This document shows, piece after piece, positions 12,721 through 25,422 of a stretch of DNA of 64,000 nucleotides (position 1 is its first letter; each line of letters begins with the position of its first letter). The DNA is taken from contig NC_135879.1 of the NCBI RefSeq assembly GCF_964194155.1, forward strand, positions 16,926,001 to 16,990,000, read 5' to 3'. This stretch comes from Cetorhinus maximus (lineage: Eukaryota). The position numbers and the translations under genes were made by a program. The notes under the pieces were generated by a model, which was not told where the DNA came from, did no database searches, and saw nothing but the letters and a program-made list of their open reading frames with translations.

Positions 12721-13891
12721 TTGCAGCGGACAATATTGCGAGAAGGCCAAAAATTGGTTTTACGCTATCGTGAAACCAGTTTGCGATCATCCGCTCTGCC
12801 TGTCAACGGCGGGCCGCATTTCCCACCGTCCAGCGTCGGGAGCTTAATTTTAATGCATTTGCATCTCATCATTGTGGCCGCATGCCGGAATCATCCCCCC
12901 CCCCCCCCCCCAAGTCAAATTTACCTCTCATGTCAGTGTAACTTCAGAACAGCGTGATTTACAACTGCCTTTAAAAGGCATGCTCCTGTCGAGCTGAACT
13001 CGGAGGTGGGTGCACACATCCTTGCGCGGTGCTCAAGGATCGCTCATATGACATCAAGGGATATGCGCCGCGCATTCGTTATGGCGGTGGGGGTGGAGGG
13101 GGGTGCACAGGCAAGTCCATTTTTCCCGGCTGGCTTTCGGTGTGGTGCCAGGGCAAGGGCTCCAGTGCGTGTGGGGCTGGGGTAGGGGTGGCAAGGCAGC
13201 ACAGACTGAAGGAAGTACACAAGCACATGCCAGTGGTGGGGGTGAGGGAAGTGACCACACACTTGGAAAAGTTTGTTAAAAGTGAGCATTCTCCCGCAGC
13301 TGAGACCATTCAGCTTCAGCTCCATTGACAGACTTGGAGTTCGGCCTCTGAAGCATTTCTGCCCCACTCAAGCAACGCAAAAGCATAGATGTAGCGCCAA
13401 ATGCTCCAGAACTTTTCACCCTCGGGCACAGACTGCAAACTAAGGTGCATTTTAGGGGGCAGCAGAATAATTGGATGACTGGGCAAGTTGTAGAAAACCC
13501 TTGCGAAAGGTGGCCACAGCACAGTCACTGATGGAGGCGCTCAGAGCACCTTGCAATGTCTGTATTAAGGTTTGGAGTAGTATCCCTCATGGCTCAAACT
13601 AACCGCGCAGCCTTGCAGTGTGGGTTAGGAGAATGCCTGCGCCTGAGCTGAGAGCACAGCATTCAGTCCAGTGGCCGAAGCTGCCGCCAATCGCTCAAGT
13701 GGAGCGGGGCAGAGGTGGGTGGGGGTTCAGACAGCCATGAAGTGCACTACACACTGGCCATCCAAATGGTGGCCACTCTTCAGCATATTTGAAGGGCCCT
13801 TGAGGCTTAACTAAGAGAGAGGTTTCTTAGTACACTCATGCTAACCCATGTGTCTGTCTCTTTGGTCCTGCAGGAGGAGGACATCAGGATC

Positions 13892-15115
13892 ATGGAGCCT
13901 GGTGATTTAGTGGTATGCCTCGTGGCTGACAGGGAGCAGAGAAGGAGAAGAGTACGACAGAGGCGCCTGGCTCACCAATGAAAGGAGCAACAACCTCAGG
14001 ATGAAGGTGCAGCAGGGCCTCCTGCGCATGAAGCTGAAGATCCACAGCGAGCTGTCACTGATAGATGCCTTGCTAGACCCAGAGTCTGTAGATGGCTCTT
14101 GTCATTCAGGCAGATGTCTGAGAACCAGTGTCGCTGAAGACTGCATACGTCTAGGGAACTGGTCAGTCACATATGCCAACTGCTGCAGCATTTGACGCCA
14201 CAGGGACATGGAGGGCATCCACTGACAGTGGACTTGAAGTCACCACGGTGCTCAATTTTTACGTCAGTGACTCCTTCCAGGACTCCACAGGTGACCTGTG
14301 CGGGATCTCACAAGCCTCCACCCACAACTGCATCCAGGAGGCCACAGGCACCATCTTCGTGAAGGCACAGAACTTTGTGCATTTCACCCAGGATCAGGAA
14401 AACCAGGAAATAAGAGCACTGGGATTTGCGGCAATCTCTGGTTCTCCAAAGGTGCAGGGTGCCATTGACTGCACTCACATGGCACTTAGATCTCTGTGGC
14501 AACAAGGAGTCAACTGTATCAACTGCAAGGGCTTCCACTCGTTCAGCTGGTCTGCGACAACCACAAACGCATCCTACAGGTCTGTGCACGATTCCCAGGA
14601 AGCGTCCACGACCCCCACATCCTTAGGAGGTCTCAGATCCCTGGCATCCTCCAGGGTTCAGAGGCTGCAAGGTTGGCTCCTCAGGGTCAAGGGCTACCCA
14701 CAGAGGAAGTGGCTGATGACAGCCCATGTGGCGGTCTTAGACTGCAGCAGAGAGATGGTACAACAAGGCTCATACCGCAACCCAGACTCTGGTGGAGCAA
14801 ACTATAGGCAAATTGAAAATGAAGTTCTAGTGCCTCAACAGGTCTTGTAAAGCACTACAATACAGTCGCCAGAGGGCGTTACGCATCATCCTATCTTGCT
14901 GCACTCTACACAACCTGTCACTGGACCTGGCTGAGGAGGAGATGGAAGAGCTGCACATATCCTTCAATGAGGAGGACATCAAAGGTGATGAGAGTGATGA
15001 GGTCCTTGAGGGCGAGGGTGTCAGTGATGAGGCCATCGCACTGGCCAGACCAGGTAGGCACGCTCGTGAGGTCCTAATAGCCACAAGATTCGTGGAGGAT
15101 GACGAGATGCAGTGA
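13892..15115 (+). pseudogene. Harbinger (HARBI1-like, DDE_Tnp_4) transposase, frameshifted
   Basis: Motifs GDLCGISQ, VQGAIDCTH, NCKGFHS, VQLVCD, ARFPGSVHD and WLLRVKGYP (from LLGDKGYP) are spread over three frames with stops; acidic C-terminal tail. Confidence 0.9.
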
Positions 15116-15837
15116 GGACTGTCCTGACACCCTAACCTTGCATCTGTGAGCATTTCACTCCTGTGTGGCTGATGGCAGTGCACATACCCTCAGTGCTCAG
15201 GATCATGTCATAGAGACGCAGTGGAGTCTCGAAAAGTTGCAAATATCCAGAAGGATGATGACTACATGCAGTAAGGACACTCCATAGATCTTCACATTGT
15301 CTCTGTGAATGTCTGGCTCTTGTCTGGCTGAGGGCAGCTCGCTTGTGCTCTGTGATCAGGGTCATATCATAGAGATGAAACTGTGAAGCTTTAAGTGCAC
15401 CTAATCCTTTGGCAGCCTTCAGCACCTGACCCCTTCAGGAGCACAGCATCACCAATCACAGATGCTGAAGAGGTAGGGGGGCCAGCCCCACCTCAAAGGT
15501 GCTGAGGGCACACAGAGAGACTGCCGGAACTCTGATGACTGTCCACAACATTCTGGCAGCAATGACAAGCACTGTTGAAGTTCAGGCATCACTAATGCGC
15601 CCAGTGAGTGTGAAGCTGGACCGTCACTTTGCTCTGAAGGTTACACACTGTACAGGGAAGAGGCCCTGGTCTGAGGCATCTGCAGGAGCCAAGGTTCCAT
15701 TTGGAGTGACACGAACACTGCTCATCATAACAAGGAGCCATAGACAAGGAGACATTCTTGGGAGTTTGTATATAATGTTCACTATTATAAATAAGTGATT
15801 AACACCTGTGCCCACACTATTCAACTACATCTTCTTA

Positions 15838-16316
15838 TAGGCTGCACTCCCTTTTCAGTTATTTAAAAAACCTTTTATTACTGTTTTGTTTGCACTTCAG
15901 TCCCACGCTCCTGATTTACGGACACCCGGTGCGGAGGGGGGTCGGGAAGGAGGAGGACCTCCTCGTGAACCTGCTCCTGGGCCTGGCCAAGTTGGCCATT
16001 AACAGGTCCAGGCAGCGGGCGATCGAGGGGGTTGTCCGACCCGACTGTCTGCCCCTCTTCTGCGGCTACGCTCGCGGCCGGGTGTCCCTGGAGAGGGAGC
16101 ACGCGGTGTCTGCTGGCACCGTCAAGGCCTCCCGTGCCCGGTGGGCACCGCAGGGACTGGGGTGTTTTATCGACCCCTTTAATCACATTTTGATTTGATG
16201 TTTGTAAGTTTTCTTTAAACTTTGTCTTTGGTTTTACAGCTAACCTGACTTAGGGGCTGCGTTTCCTTTATCCCCCATTTTGTTGATTTAGTTTATTAGG
16301 TTGGCTTTAAAAAGAG
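15838..16316 (+). mobile_element. Tx1/L1-clade LINE 3' fragment nested in the Harbinger element
   Basis: ORF2 C-terminus HFSPTLLIYGHPV...LVNLLLGLAKLAINRSRQRAIEG...FNHILI*, then a T-rich 3' UTR; ~13-bp TSD ctacatcttc(t/c)ta at 15825-15837 and 16317-16329. Confidence 0.85.
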
Positions 16317-16329
16317 CTACATCTTCCTA

Positions 16330-18005
16330 ACCTTCCTAACCCTGTCGCTACATCTTGGTGCTCCACCGACATCCACAGCGGAGGTAGAGGAAGCCTCCTG
16401 ACTGCTACGCCCGTCTGTGATGACCTTGGCGGGCATCCTCTGGAGGTTCAAGGCCTGCTTTGGGTGTCCTGTTGTGGGCCAGGTGCACCTAGCCCTGTGG
16501 AGCTGGAAATGATTGGGTCACAGGAAGAGGGGATTTGGATTGGCTGGAATTCCCAGAGTCACCTGGGTAGATGGCCCCCGGGAGTTGAGCTGCTGATCCT
16601 CCTCCCTATTGGTGTCTGAAGGCCCCTGGCTGACTCCGTGAGGAGTAGGAGAAGCTGGAGTGAGATTGAGCTACATACCACCCCTCTCGCATTGACACTG
16701 GGAGGCCAATTATGGCATCAGCGATGGAGGTCAACTTGGGCAGCAGTGTAGGACTGATGTCCTGGACCAAGGTCTCCATGGCAGCTGTCACTCTGCCAGT
16801 AGTGACCTTGGCTTGTTAGCACGCAGGCGCCATCACCTCTGACTGAAGGCAGATGGACTCCACCATTGTCCCTTCCAATCTGAAGAGTGCACCTGACATC
16901 CCTTCCTGATGTTCCCGTGATCATCTTTGCAGCTCCAACAACTGACTGAGGACCAAGTCCAGAGGCTCATCATCTGATTCGGACTCAGCAGTTTCCTTGC
17001 CTTCAAGGCAGTCCTCTTGAGTGCCGGATTTCCCTGCCTGCACCTGCTGTGGAACAGATTGTGCGCTGGGCTCACGAGATTGTGATCCTGAGGCTGCTCT
17101 ACATCTAGATCCCACCGAGGAGTGTGTTGCTGCACTGGTGGAGGGTGTGGGTGAGCGATGTGACGGGTCTTCAATGGTGCTGTCCTCAGGTCCCTCGTCC
17201 GAGTTGCTCTCGGTGCTGGCATCGGTTGCCTGAGAGCGACATGGCAGAGGTGCCTTGGAGAGAAAGTGGAGATTATTAATGCTTGGCTGCCATGTTACAC
17301 ACAGAACAATGGACTCAGAGTAGCGTTGACAGAGGGATGATGTGGTGCAGGATCCTCATGTGAATGTTTGCCGCCGACCTCACTGTCACCGCAGGAATGG
17401 TCCACATCCTCTCCAGCTAGATCCAACATGTGACCCTCAAACAGAGTGAGGACCTTAATGTCCATACCCGCTCTGGGACCTCTCCCGCACATTGTGCATG
17501 ACCTTGTCCTGCATAAAGACAGATGGAGAGAGAGTGTGAGAGAGGCACATGCCAGGCCAAATGATAAGGTTGCCAGGCATGTGTGTATGCTAAGTGGAGC
17601 CATGGACTGGATGAGGGGGCAATCTCCAGAGAAGATGAGGCCATATGGGGGTGTGAGGGTGTGTGTGTGAGAGAGTGAGTGGTGATGTCCCTTGAGCTGG
17701 CAGTGAATGAGATGCCAGTGAATGTGAGTGTGTGAGTTGAGAGTGATGAGATGGTTGACTTACCCTGGCGGCTTGGGTGAGATCATTCATCCTCTTTCTG
17801 CACTGGATGGCTGACATCTTGTGTGCAGTATTGGCACTGATCACCTCTGCCCCCACCTCCCAAGCCAGAGTGGTGAGACTGATGGGACTCCTATGGTCAG
17901 AGCGGGGGTAGAGGACATTGCAGCGGGCCTCCATGGTGTCCAAAAGGCATCTCAGGGATGCATCACTGAATCGGGGGCTGCACTCTTCTTGGCTTTTGGG
18001 GCCAC
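16330..18005 (-). pseudogene. Harbinger Myb/SANT-like DNA-binding protein gene, spliced, decayed
   Basis: APKAKKSAAP...MEARCNVLYP...AWEVGAEVISANTAHKMSAIQCRKRMNDLTQAAR|gtaagt (exon ends 17764). The next exon starts at 17508 with DKVMHNVRERSQSG (cf. K.AHN.RER..TGGG of Myb_DNA-bind_5 proteins). 3' boundary approximate. Confidence 0.8.
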
Positions 18006-18456
18006 GTCTTCACCGGAGCAGTCCTGGGCTGCAAACATTGAGAACTGTGTGCGCGGCTGCAGTTTAAATATGGCGCCCGGAGTGAGGAAGTGGTGAGGTA
18101 ATGGCGTGGCGGGCAAATTGAAGGCCGGCCGCCAGCTATACAATATTTTTCCCGTAACTGCGTAATTTATGAGGTGGGATACAGGATATGGCCGGCAAGA
18201 TACGGCACGAAAATCCGCCATTGCAGATAAAACGTCTTTGTTCATGCCCACTACCATGCTTAGTGCAAATATGAGATGATTCTGTCCTAAATCTATGCTA
18301 TAGATGCTGTCTTTATGTCATGATTCTTTAATCCTTTTCTCACCAACTATAGATTTGGCTCATCAAGTTGTCTTCAGAGGTGCAGGCTTCCAATAAAATA
18401 TAGCTACCTTCAATTAAGTAATCAGGGCCTCATAAACTTAAATAGATCAACACCCT

Positions 18457-19100
18457 ATCAATGCTCTGGGGTTACCATTGACCAGAAACTGAACTGAACT
18501 GGACCAGCCATATAAATACTGTGGCCACGAGAGCAGGTCAGAGGCTGGGAATTATGCGGCGAGTAAATCACTTCCTGACTCCCCAAAGCCTGTCCACCAT
18601 CTACAAGGCACAAGTCAGATATGTGATGGAATCCTCTCCACTTGCCTGAACGAGTGCAACTCCAAAAACACTCAAGAAGCTTGGCACAATTCAGGACAAA
18701 GCATTGGCATCCCATCCACCACCTTCAACATTCACTCCCACCACCACCGACACACATTGGCAGCAGTGTGTACCCTACAAGACACACTGCAGCAATTCAC
18801 CAAGGCTCCTTCGACAGCACCTTCCAAACCAGCAACGTGTACCACCTAAAAGGACGTGGCAGCAGATAGATGGGAACACCATCACCTGCAAGTTCCCCTC
18901 CACCCTGACTTGGAAATATATCGTCATTCCTTCACTGTTGCTGGGTCAAAATCCTGGAACTCTCTTTCTAACAGCACTGGAGATGTACCTACTCCACATG
19001 GCAGCGGTTCAAGAAGACGACTCACCACCAGCTTCTCAAAGGCAATTAGAGATGGATAATAAATGCTGACCTAGCCAGCGACACCCATATCCTGTGAAAG
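18457..19100 (+). mobile_element. CR1-group LINE family A, 3' fragment
   Basis: Same ORF2 C-terminus and 3' tail as the 1985-2610 copy. Confidence 0.85.
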
Positions 19101-19579
19101 AATTTTTTAAAATGAAGCGTTCAAAAAACCTCTTAGCAGACGCAAATCTGCATAAACAGCAGAAAGTGTTTCTATTTGAATTGAATGTATCCACTCATAC
19201 CACAAGCAAACTGACCAACAATCAGCTAAACAATTATTGTACCAATATATCAAGGTAAGTTGGAACATTCTTCTGCATTTCAATCCTTTGTGTGCCATGA
19301 CCAAATGAAAGAATCCAATTGAAACAAGCCAATTGATTGACTTATTTATATATGATCCACACATGCCGTTTACATGGCCTCATTCAACTTCCCAAATCAT
19401 AACTTGTTCAATTAAACAGCCAACAAATTCTGCACACATGTAACACACCACCAGCAATACGAGGCTTAATAAAACAGGCTTCACATGCATCTTTGGACTT
19501 CTCTTGCCCTTCCTAAGTTGCACACAAAATTATTCAGAAAATCAAAGTATATTCGTCTAGGTATATCTGGTCCAATATT

Positions 19580-20250
19580 TCATAAATCATTGAAGGTGGC
19601 AGGACAGGTTGAGAGAGCAGTTAATAAAGCATAGCATACTCTGGGCTTTATTAATAGGGGCATAGAGTCCAAGAGCAAGGAAGTTATGTTGAACTTGTCA
19701 CTGCCTCAGCTAGAATATTGCGTCCAGTCCTGGGCTCCACACTTTAGGAAGGTTGTGAAGGTATTAGCGAGAGTGCAGAAAAGATTCACAAAAGTGGTTC
19801 CACAGATGAGGAACATCAGTTATGAAGATAGATTAAAGATGTTAAGACTGTTTTCCTTAGACAAAAGAAGGCTAAGAAGAGATTTGATAGAGGTACTCAA
19901 AATCATGAGGGGTCCATGAGAGCAAATAGGGGGAAATTGTTTCCAATCGTGAAAGGATCGGGAATGAGAGGAAACAAATTTAAAGTAATTCGCAAAAGAA
20001 GCAAAAGTTATATGAGGAAAAATATTTTCACACAGCTAGTGGTTAGGATTTGGAACACGCTGCCTGAGAGTGTGGTGGAAGCATGTTCAACTGAAACATT
20101 CAAAAGGGATTTAGAGTGTTATCTGAAAAGGAAGAATGTGCACAGTTACAGGGAGAAGGCAGGAGAGTGGAATGAGGTAAGTTGCTCATTCGGAGAGCTG
20201 GTGCAGACACAATGGGCCAACTGGACTCCTGCTGCACTGCAACAATTCTG
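19580..20250 (+). mobile_element. CR1 LINE 3' fragment
   Basis: PQLEYCVQSWAPH...RRLRRDLIEV...FTQLVVRIWNTLP. Confidence 0.88.
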
Positions 20251-23029
20251 TGAAAAAGCAATAAGTATTGATTCCTTCTTAACCTTCCAGTCAACACTTA
20301 ACCTGTTTTATGCAGAATTTTGACAACATTGTCCAAATTCTGCTGAGGTGGTTTTTTTCTCCCCAGCTGCCATTATTAGTTCTACTGTTCTTTCAGCCTC
20401 TCATTGGTGATTCTTACTTTTCTCCAAGCATTTCTGTCATTTGTCAAACCTTTATGGGAAATACTTGTTTTCACAATCTGTCGACAAGTCTAAGCAATTA
20501 AATTTTTATGTTGTACTGCTCCAGCCTTCTCATGTGATGACTTTTATCCTCCCTAAAAGTAATCATTCTGTAGGAATATATCTTTAAATCAAATCATCCC
20601 TTTTCAATCCATTTCTTTCTTGGCTTCTTACATTCACATTTTCATCTCCACCTGATACGGAAGGCAGTGCTTGACTCTGAAATAACTTTGCTGCATGTCT
20701 CATTAATCTTTCTCCCTTATTTTTTTTCAAGAATCCTGATAGTAGGAACCATTGAAACAAGCAGTCAAAAAGGCAGCAAAGAAAAGCACCCAGAATGTTA
20801 TGGGGAAACCTCCAAGCCAACTTGGACAAAATAGAACTGGGCGCATATCTGTGCCAGTAATCCTGCCACAAATATCATTTGTGTCACCAGATCTGCAGAC
20901 TAGTGCCACAAGAAATCCAATGAACAGGGAAGGCAAGGAAACAATGTCCTTTTTCTTCTTAGACATAAACAAAACATGTTGGAAACACTCATACATCAAG
21001 CAGCACCTGGGGAGAGAGAAACAGATTTAGCATTTCAGTTCTGTAACCTTTTGTTAAAACTGAGAAATGTTTCAGGTTTTAACCAAGTATATGGGCAGGG
21101 AAAGGGGAAGAAGGAATAAAAGGGAAGGTCTGTGATAGGGGGGGAAGGCAGGCGTGACTAAATGTCAAAAGGGAGACAGCTCAAGGAAAAAGGAGTAAAG
21201 AAACAAAAGATGAGTCTAGAGCAGCTGCAAATGGCAACCATTCTTCTTGCCCACTCTGGGCAAGAGGATACTTTTCACTCCCTTAAAGGAACACTTAAAT
21301 AACTAATTATTCACAATTCACTCTGATAATAGCAATATCTTCATAATGAACCGAAAAAGCCTTTCTCTACCAAATTAGCACCCCCACCACTCTTACTTCA
21401 GCACTCCTGCACCATCTGGCACACACTCCATAACTACAAACCTTCCTCTCATTTACTCAATCCTTAGGCAGGAGAAATTGCTGCACTGTGCCCATGAGAG
21501 ACAGGTCACTGAAGAGAGCAGTCCCACCTTAAAACAACTCGTGCCTTATAAGGAGAAGGGCAAGGAGGTAATTTTCACTTGACATGTGTGATAGTGAGAC
21601 CAACAGCGTACTGCTGACACATTGTTAATGCTCACGTGTGTTAATGGCTGAACTTTATCCTGGAATTTACTGTGAATGTCCAAGTTACTACCCCCAATCT
21701 GTTTCCTTAAGGAAGCCGTAAATCAAAATAAGCAAATTTACTGAATGACCCCCCAAACAAAGAAATTACCACAATTCCGCTCTTTGTAGCCAATACTTTA
21801 TTTACAAATTTACAAATCAGAATCCACATAAATTAAACATGAATTAACAGGCAAAATATAGCCATTTCAAATTATAAATTACACAAGGAATAGCAGCTGC
21901 AACAAAGATAATCTCACAGGATTTTAAGCATTAGTATAACTCTCGGCACACAAATGTGGCACCACATGAAATCTCACAGTCTTTCTAACTCAGCCTCTGG
22001 AACATAGAGTCTCTCACTTTTCTCACTCAATGGATTTGTTCTTGAGTTACCTACAATGTTAGCTCCACTCCATCTGAAAATTCATCACCCAAACAGCACA
22101 GTCCTACAGAACCTCCTTAGCTAAGATTACAGCAATCTTGATGGCACAGATTCCCCAGCGACTCCTTTATCAGACTTCTTTAATAAACCTCATTAAATGG
22201 TCAGGTCAACTATGGCATAACGGAAACATAGCGGTATAATTGTTCAATTCACAATCTACACTCTAACCCTGCCTTCAGGTTTTAGTCCTTTTTATCTGTC
22301 TTACACACACAACTCTTTGTGAATGTGCCTTCTCTGTTCTTCCCCTACTGCAGCTCTCCTTTGTTTGCAGTATTCCTTTATGTCTGCAAACCACGCAGAT
22401 TTTGTATGTTAACTTCCTTCCAGTTGGTACTACTTCCAGGTCAAGGGTTGCCAGGTCACATGAACCAGTATTTCTCATTATTCAGGAAAATTACAATTGA
22501 TGCAAACTCTTAAAAGTACTTTTCAAACATGTTTTAAAACAATTTACAGATTCCACAGCCATTTTAAAGAAATTACAAATTTTCCTTATTGTACTTCTTC
22601 CAGGTCAGGGGTCATCATAACCAGCACAAGGAGGCAATTGATGATGTGGAACTCAGAACTCATGGGTCCTTAACTGGGAAGAAGGAAGTTTGAGATACAT
22701 CAAAGCTATGTGCAGAAGTCAGTCTCTGAGGATGTGCACCAACTGCTAGTGTTGACTCTCAGGCTTACAGCGCTCATTTGCAGTAACAGACTCAGGGAAA
22801 CCTTTTCTTGATTGCAGGCCCCAATGGACCACATGGCCACTGCACCAGAATTTGCAGCAGACCCATACCTAAGAAGTGGTTGGGGAACCAGTCAGTGCCT
22901 CCTCCTCCATGGAAGCACAGACTGCAGATCTGATAGAAGCTGGGCAGAGAATAGACAGCAAACTTGTGAGTAAGTGAGATTTTAAGGTGAAATGTTACCA
23001 ACAGGAGAAGTCTGTTTTCTATTGTAGAT

Positions 23030-23670
23030 AGCTGACCTGTCAGGATCCTATGACCCCACTTCGGGACAGAGTAAGGGTATTCTCCCTGGTGCCCTGGTCC
23101 GTAATTATCCCTCAGCCAACACCTAAAAACAGTTTATCTACTCTTTACCTCATTCCTGTCATGTGTACATAAGGTTGGTAACTGCAACTAAATGCATTCC
23201 TGGAGGTTTAATCACATGACTTGCTGCCACAGGCCAGCCATTAGTCAACCACAACATCCACCCTTGTGAAACATTTCCTTCCAATGCCAATTGGAAAGCA
23301 AAAAGACTCATTACCCAATTGGATGATGATGATGATGCTTGACTGTCAGCCAAACAGGCTTTTTTCCCCCCCTATTTTCAATACTTTGATATCTAGTAAA
23401 GAGAAATGTTCAGAGAATTTTTTTTTTAATATCTTTTTTCATGTCCCGATGATTTTTCTCCAGGGTTGCACACAGCAGTGCCCAGGAGATTGACCTTCAA
23501 TTCCTGGAGGCTGCAGGCCAATCCTGGAGAGCTGGTAACCCGTGTGTGCAAACTGACTGCTGTGTTTCCTACATTAGAGTAGTGACTACGCTTCAAAAGT
23601 ACTTAATTGTCTTAAGTGCTTTGAGATATCCTGAAGTGAGGAAAGGTGCTATAGAAATGAAAGTCTTTCT
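23030..23670 (+). mobile_element. Deu-domain SINE 3' half interrupted by a MITE
   Basis: ttctccctggtgccctggtcc...ccctcagccaac; resumes at about 23543 with tgtgcaaactgactgctgtgtttcctacatta...aaggtgctatagaaatgaaagtctttct. Confidence 0.65.
23171..23541. mobile_element. MITE with GGGTTGCCAAC-type TIRs (probably Harbinger-group)
   Basis: Degenerate TIRs aaggttggtaact / agctggtaaccc; interior homologous to 24775-25093. Confidence 0.6.
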
Positions 23671-24361
23671 TTCATCATGAAAATCATTGAAGTTTTGAGT
23701 TGAAGCTTAGCCTATTAGCACTGACAGTTTAATTATCCTTTAGTATTATCAATCTTCTGGTAAACTTGCAAGGGTTTTAAAAACATGTAGTGCTGTGGCA
23801 GAATGTGGCTGCTCCCAGGCTCTGAATTCTTCCAGCTTGGGAGGGATAGTGGAGATGTGTGACATGTCTCGGAGCCATCACAGGTTGCTGGAGTAACAAC
23901 ACTAACATTCTCTGCACAGAAAGAATGCCGTAGGTATGTGTAAACAACCTCGCTATTTAATTAGTTTTATAGTTTCAATTAGTTCCTGAAGCAAAACATT
24001 TGATCATGGGGAAAGAAGTTAATGCTGAACCGTTAGTTGCAAAACAAATCCACAAGGTTATATCCACATAAAGTATACTTTTAAAAAAGAGAGGACAACA
24101 ATCCTCCGGTTAAATAGGTCTATGTCAATTCATTTTACTCTACAATTTTATTCTGTAATTCTCATCTGATATGAGGCAAACGGCAGTTATGGCAACATCA
24201 CACAGGCTATGGTTTCAGGCCTTAAACAAAGGGGCAGTTGGCAGCCTGGCTAAGTGTGCATCTCAGGGAACAAGAAAGCTGACAGCTATACTCAAGGCGC
24301 AACATTTTCCGGTCGCTTCCAGATATGGCAGCGATCAATCTGTTCAGTTTGCTGACACGCT

Positions 24362-25422
24362 GGGTGGAATTTAAACCAGCCGGCGGGAAAGATGGTGGCC
24401 CGGCTCCACTTATTCACGGTAGAGGCAACACAGCTATCTCCTGGCAGCAGGAGTACCTCTCGTGATTAACTTGGAGGTGTAAACAGGCCAACGTGGTAAA
24501 CTCGCCTGCTCGCGACAGTGTGTCAATTAAGCTCATGGTTGAGCCAATTGACTTCAATTGTCCCTGTGCCCACCAAAATTTAGCCGTGCCTCAAGGATTA
24601 AAGGTGAGTGGCATGGTTTTCCTGTGTTTGCCTGTGGCCTTCTAGAGGCTCCGTCTTTCAAAGGCAATTAGTGCCCGATTGGGGGACCTGGCATCAGGAA
24701 TGGGGGTGAGTGGTGGGGGTGGGTGGTGGGGGTGAGTGGTGGGGGTGGGTAGCCACTGAAAGCCACCCCCTACTGGGGTTGCCTACTGTGATTAAATGTA
24801 TTCGTGTAAACACATGACTTACCCCCATGCTCCAGCCATTAGTCACCACCACACCCATTCTTGTGAAGCACTGCCTTCCTAAGCCAATTGGAAAACAAAA
24901 AGACTCATAGCCCACTTGGATGATGTTTGACTGTTGGCCAAACACCTTTTCTCCTCCCCATTTTCAATATTTTTATATATGGTTAAAAAAAGTTCTCTTT
25001 TTTAATGTCTCCAGGATTGCACACACAAGTGCCCTGGAGATTGATTTTCAATTCCTGGAGACTCCAGGACAATCCTGAAAGGTTGGCAACCCCTTACCCT
25101 TGCCTCCGACCTCTCAAACCTCCCTTCCTGGCCACCTCCTCCTTGCAACCCCCATCTGCCCTCACTCGCCTGAGTCCAGGCCTCCAGCAACAATTCCCGG
25201 TGAAGTCCCAGCAGCACTTCTGGCAACAGCCGCCGCTCCTTGTGGTGCTGCTGGCAATGGAGAGCTGCTGACCTTTGAATGGCCAGCACTTCTGGGTGAC
25301 ATTTCCACACCGGCCAGTTAAGTGCCTGACAGGTTGAGCCTCTCCCACAGAAGTGATGTGGGTTTCCCAACGGTCCTCCAACCAGTGGACTGGCTTCATG
25401 TTGAGAACATGAAATTTTGCCC
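24362..25422. mobile_element. Non-autonomous Harbinger-type element
   Basis: Ends gggtggaattt ... aaattttgccc; GC-rich non-coding interior. Confidence 0.55.
24775..25093. mobile_element. MITE with GGGGTTGCC...GGCAACCCC TIRs, nested in a larger MITE
   Basis: 9-bp perfect TIR; second copy at 23171-23541. Confidence 0.7.

Larger units (their letters stand above)
12724..18287 (+). mobile_element. PIF/Harbinger DNA transposon, formerly autonomous, decayed
   Basis: Convergent transposase and Myb/SANT genes. Right end ...gatgattctgtcc|TAA (typical 3-bp target), matching in reverse complement another end copy at 25457-25492. Left end degenerate and approximate. Confidence 0.85.

Noticed and set aside
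13892-15115. Host HARBI1 gene
   Set aside because: Multiple stops and frameshifts, a paired Myb gene and a transposon end indicate a transposon relic.
21668-22620. Possible LTR
   Set aside because: LTR-like composition and an internal duplicated motif (gtact.cttccaggtca.ggg), but no definable termini or TSD.
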